DNA of 64,000 nt from Antedon mediterranea (taxonomy: Eukaryota; Animalia; Echinodermata), in contig NC_092670.1 in the NCBI RefSeq assembly GCF_964355755.1, positions 18,896,795 through 18,960,794 on the forward strand. Reading direction: 5' to 3'. A program made the translations under genes and the position numbers. The notes below the pieces were generated by a model. The model made no database searches. It was given only the letters and a program-made list of their open reading frames with translations, and had not been told where the DNA came from. How positions within the stretch are numbered: the first letter of the stretch is position 1; each line of letters begins with the position of its first letter. Below, piece by piece: positions 40,201 through 50,200 of this stretch.

Positions 40201-41130
40201 GGGGTATGCGATCATTGTTATGCATGTGGGTATACCGTCATTGTGAGGCATGCGGTGTATGCCATCATTGTTATGCGCGCAGGGTATACCATCATTGTGA
40301 CACATGCTGGGTATACAATCATTGTGAGGTGCGTGGTTTCCCAAAACTCCTTCCCTTTAAACTTTCATGACAACTAATCTTTGGCTGGCAATAAAGAAAA
40401 GAATACTATTCTAAAGAATTATTTTTTAACTTACATGAATGATTTACATGTTTGTTTTCATAATGCTATCAGAAACAAGTGAAGTTGACAAAACCGATTT
40501 CAAAGGTGACTTGATTTTTCTTCAAACCCCTTTGGGCATAGTTTGACTATCGCTTTGCTATAGAGCTTAAATTATTAAGATTTATGAGAATTGAGAGTTG
40601 TTATGTACGCATTTAAAACATCTAAACTACGTAATGTTGGTCTTTTTATCTGATGCTATATATCATACTGTAAAGTGTTGATCCTTTACTCCATGATATT
40701 AGTAATGTAAACACTCTACATATTCCTTTGTAATATATCATTGTTAGTGTCAAGATTATTATTGCATATTTTATGTGCTTCTTGTGTATCTGTTTCTGCT
40801 GCGTTTTTTTCGAAACGAGAAATCTGTTGTTAATTAACGTAAATGATGAAAGATTCACTGCTGGTGCTTATTTGATGGTGGAGCCTTTTATTTTACTGTC
40901 GTCATTTAATAACAGTTTATTTTAGTACAAATAACTTCTCTTTATCTTTTATTTTCTGTGATGCCGCTTATTATACTGTACTCTTGCAATTGACATGTTG
41001 TGTGTGAAAAGGATATTGTTTGGTTTTGCAGTATTGAATTTAAAGTTGATAAGAATTTTATTAAATTACAGGTAAAAAACTGGAATCATCTTTGAGTAAA
41101 TTACAACCTGTCAGCAGTGCCAGCAGTTGA
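19293..41130 (+). CDS. VWA3A: von Willebrand factor A domain-containing protein 3A, ~32 exons
   Basis: Phase-consistent exons: 19293-19312, 19711-19932, 20295-20490, 21452-21576, 21754-21837, 22101-22155, 22409-22510, 22870-22976, 23210-23335, 23726-23834, 24293-24358, 24769-24900, 25326-25464, 25704-25807, 26042-26217, 26493-26612, 26737-26811, 26960-27054, 32474-32790, 33104-33157, 33353-33463, 33661-33745, 33843-33965, 34685-34782, 34940-35092, 35280-35426, 35632-35738, 36108-36252, 36557-36708, 38002-38128, 39155-39290, 41072-41130. Three repeats of WLxxxG/SRRxFG followed by a VWA domain (VILVDTSGSM, LTDGKPD); C-terminal FEGDDLRLL..EI..AR.FL.Q as in VWA3A. The first and last exons are less certain. 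Confidence 0.9.
20740..21040 (+). mobile_element. 3' end remnant of a LINE (CR1/L2-group-like)
   Basis: GGACCCAAGTGGAAATAAG..TTTTCTTGGCATTCC stem, followed by AATAAA and an (AAATTC)n tail. Confidence 0.4.
21284..21424. mobile_element. MITE, family B (TIR AGCTCTGTCTACACTATCAAACT), PIF/Harbinger type
   Basis: ~23-bp TIRs with TTA on both sides (3-bp TWA TSD). Confidence 0.85.
25884..26008. mobile_element. MITE, family B copy
   Basis: Same TIR with a degenerate right end; TAA on both sides. Confidence 0.8.
27168..32141 (+). repeat. 38-bp tandem satellite, ~130 copies, in VWA3A intron 27055-32473
   Basis: Unit AGT(C/T)CAGCAGTCAAAT(G/A)CCTATCTTTTATTTTATTATT; period of 38 checked at 27181/27219; the copies are almost homogeneous. 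Confidence 0.98.
33204..33301. mobile_element. MITE, family B copy (internally deleted)
   Basis: AGCTCTGTCCACACTA...TAGTGTAAACAGAGCT with TAA on both sides. Confidence 0.8.
34184..34220 (-). ncRNA. Minimal type I hammerhead ribozyme
   Basis: Minus strand reads GCA-CUGAUGA-A-GGGC-uagucuu-GCCC-GAAA-GC-UC^UGC. It has the intact core, a 4-bp stem II, short stem I GCA/UGC and a palindromic AGCU in place of stem III. Confidence 0.8.
34374..34445 (-). tRNA. tRNA-Asp-like gene or pseudogene with atypical ATC anticodon
   Basis: 72 nt GCCCCAG TG GTCTAATGGTTAGGAC A TCTGC ATATCAA GCAGG CGGT CCGAG TTCGAGT CTCGG TTGGGGT G. Full cloverleaf, A and B boxes, G73 discriminator, followed by ACTTTTT. A32 and A34 are non-canonical. 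Confidence 0.6.
36720..36906. mobile_element. Small GC-rich non-autonomous DNA transposon remnant (hAT-like end)
   Basis: Right end GTTACGCCACTA, internal GGGCCC motifs, TTATATT on both flanks; the left TIR is degenerate. Confidence 0.4.
39335..40332. repeat. 27-bp minisatellite, ~37 copies, in the last VWA3A intron
   Basis: Unit of about GTATGCGATCATTGT(G/T)A(G/T)GCATG(C/T)GG(T/G); gives 9-aa periodic ORFs in several frames on both strands. Confidence 0.95.
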
Positions 41131-41914
41131 GATCCTGCATATAGTTCTAAAACTATAAATCACTCAATAACACCATTTCTAAATATCTTATTTTAAATTG
41201 TATTCAATTATACTATTATTAGAAAATGGTCAGAGTATGTTGTGAAAAAAAAACAAACATGTTGACATAAAACACAAGATTTATTAGATGTTAACTGTTA
41301 ACTGTCTTAGTGAGTGCAATAGTTGAGTCAAAGTTGAGCCATTTAAACAGATGAACACATGTCTGTAGATTTGAGATTTTGATGTGGCCTAGAGGCAGTG
41401 TCAAGCGTAACATGTAAAGATAAAGATGAGCGTAATCGTTTTATTATATATTATTAAAAATAATCATGCAATGTTTAAATAATTTTTAAAGTTGTCTTAA
41501 AATAGTAAGCCTAAATTAAATTTATTTGATATTTTAAAAAATCATGATAAGCTTTGTACACTTGCTTTGATTTAAAGTGTAGATATTTTCTCTATTATTA
41601 AACTGAGGTATGCAGTAATTTATCACCTCATCATTGACAGGAAATGTGATGCTGGATCCCCGGCTGGATCATTTATTAGGAATATAATTATGTCTAGAAC
41701 TTCTTAACTTGTTAAAATAAAAGTATTGTCAAATTATTGCAGGAACATTGTAGGGTAGTCATTGTTCATGAATTATTCTGTCTTTATAATACATCATATA
41801 TTACTAATTATACAGCATACAATTTCCCCATTGTTTAATATTTAATAAGTGCAATGTTACATGGCAGACAGGTGGTAAATTTGTTTATTACCCATAATCC
41901 ACCATCTCACCAAA

Positions 41915-42095
41915 GCTCGCGCCATTTTGCAAAATCTGAAAATGCGCATACTCAGCGCGATTATTCAAAAATCGTTTCTTGCACGTTGGTTGTGTGTGTG
42001 CGGCGCCGGATCGGATAGCGTATTTAAACGCAAATTTTGTTAAATTAATGGATTTGATCAACAACAAATAAATCATTGAAACAACGTAAGTATTG
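41915..42095. promoter_or_regulatory. CpG-rich promoter-like island
   Basis: Local CpG cluster, YY1-like GCGCCATTTT, a GTAAGT donor at about 42086 on +, and a downstream CTAG/TAGGCCTA array (42165-42300) like the one after VWA3A exon 1. Confidence 0.4.
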
Positions 42096-43795
42096 AGAAC
42101 TATTGTGAATAACAAAGGTGATGACAAGGCTAAAGAGGGTAGAAACTAGTGACCCTGGCCTAACTAGGCATAGCCTAGCCTAGTAGGCCTAGTTAGGCAT
42201 AGGCCTAGTTAGGCATAGGCCTAGTTAGGCCCAAGGTCAAGCATGAGTTGAGAAGTTGTTGTATAAAAGAGTAGCTGGGCCAACTAGCCTAGCTAACTAA
42301 GACAGTCTCTTTGCTTAGCTTAAGTGCTAGTTCTGCGGCAAGACATATTTTTATTTAATTCAATTGGTAGTCATGTGATTGTATAAAATTCGTATTCTTA
42401 GGCCTACTATCCTAGGTCGTCTTTTTATGGGATAATATTTCAGCCTAGCCTAGCTGGCTCTAGTCTATGATATTTTTAGTAGGCCTAATGGGAACTCTGG
42501 GTAAGCCCAATAAAGTTGCTTCTTTGTGTCACGCGTAGTATACTAAGAAAGAAGAGTAGGAGAAAAGTAAACTAAAAAAGCATGAGTAAACTGAATATTG
42601 ATATTTTGACATAAAATGAAATAAATATGAATATGTGCTTTTCAGATTATGATTGTATCAAGATAAATTATTGTTTAAACACAAAATAATTTAATTAAAA
42701 GCAAAAATTATGTAAACGCCTCGTAAATCTGAATTGAGAATAAGATGCTTTTCTTGGATTATGATATGCCATCTTGATAATTCGTGGGTGCGATTTATAT
42801 ACGGTTCTTTGACTGTTTCACCCTGATCAGGTTTTAATCAGCAACTGAAATAATGCGACGTGTCGTTTTGTCAATAGCGAAGCTTCGTTTATAAGTATAT
42901 TTATTGTTAAAAAACGTGGTGTAATTGTTATCAAGAGACTGATTAACCAGTAATTGAGTTAGTCAATTTAATCATGAAAATTAGTCTACTACGCAGGCAT
43001 AGCTACGTCAAACACATTTTCTATCTTTCCCATGATTCTTTTGTTATTTCACTTCTTCCCGAGTGACCATCATACATATGTCATTTTCAAAAGACGAACC
43101 CTTTTATTATGTAATCGACATAAAACGCGGATGTTTACCTACTAAAAGCATGAACTAATAAGTGTCATTACATTTTATGGTTTCGTAAGAAAACTCAACA
43201 AATATATTAGAAGTGTTGTTGTTTATTTTACTGGAAGTGTTCCGTTTAGTGTTTTATTTTCGTCGCATAATAAATCAAATACAATACACAATAAGCAACA
43301 TTTTTTTATTGATTGACCGAACGATTGAATGAACGAGAGAAAGAATAATGATGGCACAATTGATGCTCATTTCTACAGATTTATTTGCATCAGGCTAGAC
43401 GTACATTTACAATGGAAAAGACACAAGTTTACAAAAATAACACTATGAGTTTATGGAAAGGAAGGAGTTAGGAAAGTAGAGTTAATCATAAAAATATATC
43501 ACTGTATGAACAAATGTATTGTTACAAATAGCTCTTAGCACCTGACATACTACTTTATTTAACATTAATACATCACTGGTACATCTTTCGGGATAGATAG
43601 TAAGTACTGTGCTTTGTCTCTGAGTGAATTATTTTAAATTTTCACAGTCATTTCTTGTATTAGACTGCCTCATAAGCCGTTTCTTATCAAGTACTGGACG
43701 AAAGTTGTTTCCATAAACTTCGTAGTGAAATGTCATTAAAGTTCTTAGTTGGTATACTGTAAAAAACGTTAGAACAGTTATAGAATTGGAACGCT

Positions 43796-44141
43796 TTTTA
43801 GAAGGATTGAACCGTGTTGTCAACAACTTTCTAAATAAAAGAAGACAACATTTTAGAATATACCAGATAGAACCAAGTCTGACACTTTTAGAAGGATTGA
43901 ACCATGTTGTTTAAAACTTTCTTCAAATAAAAAGAAGACAACATTTTTTAATATTCCAGGTAGAACCAAATCTGACACTTCAGCCAATTCTGCTACTGTC
44001 AAGAGGTATCTATCTATATATACCTCTTGACAGTAGCAGAATCGGGTCGAAACTTTTAGAAGGATTGAACCATGTTTTTTGAAACTTTCTTAAAATAAAG
44101 AAGACAACATTTTAGAATATACCAGGTAGAACCAAGTCTGA
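43796..44141 (+). repeat. Three ~90-bp direct repeats interrupted by a perfect 23-bp-stem hairpin (43987-44042)
   Basis: TTTTAGAAGGATTGAACC...AAATAAA..GAAGACAACATTTT...AGAACCAAGTCTGA occurs three times. ATTCTGCTACTGTCAAGAGGTAT and its reverse complement flank a 10-nt TA-rich loop. Confidence 0.9.
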
Positions 44142-44285
44142 TTTTAAGAAGAAGTGAAGCGCGTTCGCAGAGCACTGAAGCCGGACAACATATTCTTTGC
44201 GAAGAATTGGGACGTCGTTCTTATAGAAGAACTAAGCAACATATTAAGAATTGGAACTTGCTTTTAGAATCTAGCCATGTTAAAG

Positions 44286-47200
44286 CTAATTCCATTCAAT
44301 GCAAGTTTTCATAGTTGCAACTGTTTCACGCAAGTAGCCTCCAAGTGATATAACTGCAACTGCAGTACAGTGTCCAAAACAACCATATCCACCGTCTAAT
44401 AAAACATGAAATAAATGCAATTATTAGGAAGACTTGTAAATTGTATTTACGATATTGACTATGACTAACAGACGTTAATTACTAGTTTCTTCATATTAAT
44501 TATGTTATGCAGAAGGGCGTAATCAAGTGTTTTAGTTACGTCAACCTTAATAATAAATGTACGTCAATTTACTAATGTTTATTATGTGATTATACCATTA
44601 TATTAAAAGCCATTATTTACATGTTCTTTATTGGATGAAACATTCTAGTGTACTTGTAATATTTACTATTTTAAAGTAAGGTCATGTAAACTACAGTTAC
44701 ATCGATGCTTTAGGCCTGATGGAAAGAAAGTGCAGTTAAAGTTTATTCAATTATGCTCTAAGCTCGAAATAGGATCGAATGGCACTTAGATTCAACGCTA
44801 TCATAATTGTAGCCAATCCCTTAAAGGAATCAATTATTTAATGGTAAAGAGGGCTTCTTAAAATAAAATTAAATAATATAACATTTATTGGTGGCGAAGA
44901 CCTTTATGACGAGACGAATAAGGTCATCGAGGTCATTAGATTAGCATTAGAAACGTGATGATATTTATTTCACATTGCGTGTCAAATAATGTTCCCAGGC
45001 TTATACGTTGATGTTTTAATGACGGGCCATTAGTGGATTAGAATGCGATCGTTGACTTTAATGGTTTGCTCTGTTGAGCACCGTGCCTCGTGATGTAGAT
45101 ACGTACAGCAAAATCAACAGATAAACTCCATGATATCGTCGGCAATAAGTGTAGGCTACTTGGAATCTGCAATGCATTAGCGTTAACGCCTAATATTGTA
45201 GTCCGCTAATTATTGATTACGAATGAAAAATTATTTCGTGTGAGTATGAGGGTTTTCTGACGTCACCGATGTATTTACTTTCACTTACCAAATATACGCT
45301 TTCTCTATCACTTATTTAATTTTTTTATTTCGTAGGTATACTCCTTATTCATAAAAATAACATTTTTCATACAATAGGCCTAATGATAGTTACCTGCTAA
45401 TTTTACGTCCATTCGTTTTCTTCGATAACCAGAATTTTCTAAAGAAATAAAACGATTTGTGTGTTATTTTTGTTTTAGTGAACACTTTAATAGAAATTGT
45501 TATCGACAATTACTGTCTACGTCATAACACGTCATAACATCATCTGAATATCAATTGTTTTATGCGCTGTTCTATCACACAGTTCAATGAGGTGGTACAG
45601 TTTTGAATTAATTATGCTTCCCACTCGTTTTCGCAATATTTAAACTTACCAGATAATTTTGAATTAATGACTGAGAAACACCCACTATCTAATTGCCAAC
45701 TTAGGATATAATTCAGCCAATCAGAACGTAGAAATTCCTTATAACCTAATAAGCCGCCACAAAATGCAACTGAAAATTAAATTAATATATAGGCGTTATC
45801 GACAAGTTCATTAAAATGTATACAGTAATATTAATTCTAGTTTGTGAAAGAAATTCAGCTTTTCATATGTTTCAAAAACATGCCTATATGAAAATAAACT
45901 TTTTATAGAATCTTAATTTAGGCTTCTAAAAGATAAAACTTTAAGCTAACGTGTAGCGTGTTACAATACATGATTGGGCAAAAAAAAAAAGAATGTTAAG
46001 AAGTAATTAGGGCCTGTATTAATGTTAATTCAGAAAACAAAAATACTAAATGAATGCCAATGTTTACTATTGGTATGATAATAAAGGTTAAAATTATGAT
46101 ATTAGCCTAATAAGGAAAAAACAGAAAATAATGAAAAAGGTAGAAAATGTTTAGAAGTTATGTAATAAAACATTGAATGAATAAAGGTGGTGGTCCACAA
46201 AAGATTAAAAAAAAATACATGATTGCGCATTATCGTATTATAGGAAAAAAAGAACTGAACGAAGTGAATTTACGTACTTTGTTCCATAAATAGATCATGG
46301 TCGATTCTACCATTAAACTCCGTTTTAGAAAGATCACTGGCTTGCTGAAATATATTTGAACACAAACCCTTGATGACATAATCATTTCGTTGATGACGTA
46401 TGCGATCATAGCTAAAACACCGAAGCTAAAATTATGTAAAAGAAAAGAGAGTTATTTCAGGTTTTGATAAAGGCAATAATAATATTTTTTTGTTTCAAAT
46501 AGTCATCATTTTGATAACGACAGTGGGAGAAACTAGCAAGAATCACAAGAAGGCCGAACGTTTTGAAGGTTATCCAAAACTCAAACTATTTTCTTTTCTT
46601 CGTTATGATTTATATTTAGTGAAAGTTACTTAGATGTTTTCCATTACATTAGGTAATTTATTCCATTGATGTTTTTTCATTTTGAGAAGAGTTGCTAAAT
46701 TTGTTCTGGAATAAGTTATATGAAATCACGTAATAATTTATTTTACTTACGCGGTCTATTAGTATAAAGTAGAGAAGTTGGTGAGTGACCTCATAACCCT
46801 TATATCCATCCGCCTCCATTATAGCTAGGCATTCACTTGCAATTGTACATTTCTTTTTTGATGGTCTAAAAGAGAACAATAATTTCTAACATATTAATAA
46901 ATTATGTTTTACATGTAAAAAGTACAACAACTTGTGCGCTTAATTTCTTATCAGACAAATATCGTGACACCCTAATTACTTTATTGAAAACTTTCAAGTA
47001 TCATTAAAGTTTTTGTAAACAAAAGTACAGAATTTATCACTATCATTTTACAATTATTGTTGAAAGTATGTGAATGGTACCGATAATGTCCTATTTATTA
47101 TAACAACGTACTTTGATATTAATTATGCGTCCAATTTACTAATGTAAATGTGTTTTCCTATGCACTGACTTAATTTGATGCCAAATGTTACCGTATCGTG

Positions 47201-50200
47201 TAGGCCTATATAAAAAAGAGCTGTTTAAGATTCGTTTCTAAACGCTCGCGTGCGCTGTTGATTGACAGACAATGAGTAGACGAAACGTGATGAATCTTAT
47301 AGTTGCGCGCGCATGTGGATTAACTTTTAAAATGGTACATATACAATATGCACGGTTGGTGTTAAAATTCTTCTGCTTAAAATGTTACATAGAAACACAT
47401 TGACTTTTTTCAATAACCGAATGAAAATATCTCTTATGATCTCTTCAATATGCCGCGTATGAAAGTATATCTTAAATATTTATAAAAGAATTTTTTTTCG
47501 CAATAAAAACTGTACTGAACATTCTGCTTATCCCTCAAAATGCGACCGGATGAAAACGTTACTTAACAGCTTAAATACAAGAGCTATATCCTACAAACCT
47601 TTACCGGATAAAAAAATCTACTTAATGTTAGTATATATCGGCATTTCTTGCAAAAATCAATCTCAAAGAACTATTTCAAAGATTAAATATACCGTGGATG
47701 TCTCATGACGTCAACATATCTTACAAAATAAAAAGTGCAATTTACGTCGACCCATTAATAGGTATAGGCCTAAAAGGTCTTGCATTGCGTAATGAGTTCA
47801 AGTTATAAGTATACTGTATTAGATTGAATTGGTTTTGTCAAAAATACAGTATGCATTGGTGAAATTATCATGTTTTTGTAAAAGAAAATAAGTCAAGGAA
47901 GGATACTGCTTTTGTTTTGGGCTCAGTTCGGTTTGGGTTTTCATAGTTGGCTGACTTACCCGGTACCGAGTAGTTCTGTCAAGCACCTATCGCTAGCCGC
48001 TTCTGTTATCTTCTCTACCTGGTTGTTGCCAAATGAAAATGGCGTATTCAATAACACATGATCTTTATTCCAACTACTTACGGCCCAGAATTCTTTTTTA
48101 AGAAGTTCTGAAAAATCTAAAGCATAGTAAAGAAGCATGTAGTTAGATTGACAATTTCTATCTTCGTATGTTTAAGTAACCATTTTAAAAGAAGTTCTGA
48201 CAAATTTAAAACGTAAGTAAAAAAGCATGTTTGATTGACAATGTTCTTTCTTTTCGTATGCTTTATAGCAGGCCCTAACTCTTTTAAAAGAAGTTCTGAA
48301 AAATCTAAAGCATAGTAAAGAAGAATGTAGTTTGATTGACAAAATGTTCTCTCTTTTCGTATGTTTCATAGTAACCTTTTTTTTTTAAAGTTCTGAAAAA
48401 TCTAAAGCATATTAAGAAGAATGTAGTTTGATTGACAATGTTCTCTATTTTCGTATGTTTCATAGTAACCTTTTTTTAGAAGTTCTGAAATATCTAAAGC
48501 ATAGTAAAGAAAAATGTTGTTTGATTGACAACATGTTCTATATTTTCGTATGTTTGATAGTAATCTTTTTTAGAAGTTCTGAAATATCTAAAGCATAGCA
48601 GTGGTGGCGCCAGCGGGGGGGCTACGGGGGCTCTAGCCCCCTCGTCGGGGAGCCTAGCCCCCCCGTCGGGGAACACGGGTACTTTTTGTCGGGGAATATA
48701 ACATACAGTAAAAAACGTTCGCGTTCACTTCATATAGCTTCAGCGCCTAGAAAACCACGACGTTCCATTGACCGTGAGAGTACGTCAGAGGGCTATTATG
48801 CACTTTTATGCATTCATTATTGCCAGAGATCTAACTACTAAACAATAGCTAGTACGCACTTGTTTGGCGGTATCCCTTTGTACAATCGTTCACCGTTGGG
48901 TCGAGACGCGTGATATCATGTTCCATCCAGGGACCAAAATGTGTAATGTAGTTATTTTCCAGGCGAAGTTTACCGACGGTTCGGGTACTTTTTGTCGGGG
49001 AATATAATTCGTTCGCGTTCACTTCGTAGCTTCAGCGCCTAGAAAACCTCGACGTTTCATTGACCGTGAGAGTACGTCAGAGTGATATTATGCACTTTAT
49101 ATGCATTCATTATTGCCAGCGATCTAACTTACTACTAAACAATAGCTATAGGTACGCACTTGTCTGGCGGTATCCCTTTGTACGAATCGTTCAACGTTGG
49201 GTCGTGATATCATGTTCCATCCAGGGACCAAAATGTGTACTGTAGTTATTTTCCAGGCGAAGTTTACCGACGGTTACATCGTGTACTGTGTCGACGTAGC
49301 CTACGCTACACTACAGCAAAAACGAATTATGTTAATTGTTCGTATGTTCACCAATTTTTTAATTGACAAGTAACCTTCTGTACCGTGGGGCACCTAAAAT
49401 AAATATTTCATCCATTACTAAACAAAAAAACATGCCATTTTCGCTTAGCCAACATCTTATTATAGCTAAGTTATTAAATTTTCAATGTCCTGTATGTCAT
49501 GAATTTCTCACCACTCGGAAGTCCAGATGGTACGCAGGCATACACTTGGGAGGAATAAACTTATTTCCCCGACTGAAAAAGGTACGCTTGCGTTTTTTAA
49601 GCCTCTGGACCTGATGTTTCCAAAGTATAAAATGCAATTTTTCGAAGACCTGCAGCTCTAGTTTTAAACATTTTCTTAGCTCAGCCCCAACAATAAAGCT
49701 GGTCATATTTCGAAGTACAAGAAGTGCATTTTCCGGGACCTAACATCTCTATTTTTCAAACATTTCTTAGCTCAGTCACAACCCTGATAGGGACTTATAT
49801 ATTTTGTTTCATGTTTTGAAGTATAATAAGTCCAATTTCCAGGACCTCCAACTCTATTTTTCTAAATTTTCTTTGAACTTTTATTTTTTAAATTGAAAAA
49901 TATGGATTGAAACAGTCATCGCGCATCGTTTTTTTGCACGCAGTATTTTATTTATGCATTATAAAAAATGGAAAAAACGGCTACCCTAAATCTGATTAAA
50001 ATGACCTCAAATGACGCTAGAACGCGTTGCTTCCGGGGGCTTCGCCCCCTGGACCCCCACCGGGGTCCTTGGCGGCCCCCTGGCCCCCAGCCTTGTGATG
50101 CTCGCATAGCCCCCCTCGTCGGGGGAATGTAGCCCCCGCGTCGGGAAGATCCTGGCGCCACCCCTGAAGCATAGTAAAGAAGAATGTAGTTTGATTGGTG

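Noticed and set aside
39188-40370. Long ORFs (345 aa His-rich; CxxC/CxxH-rich, resembling multiheme or metal-binding proteins)
   Set aside because: They are translations of a 27-bp minisatellite, open in many frames and switching frame at indels.
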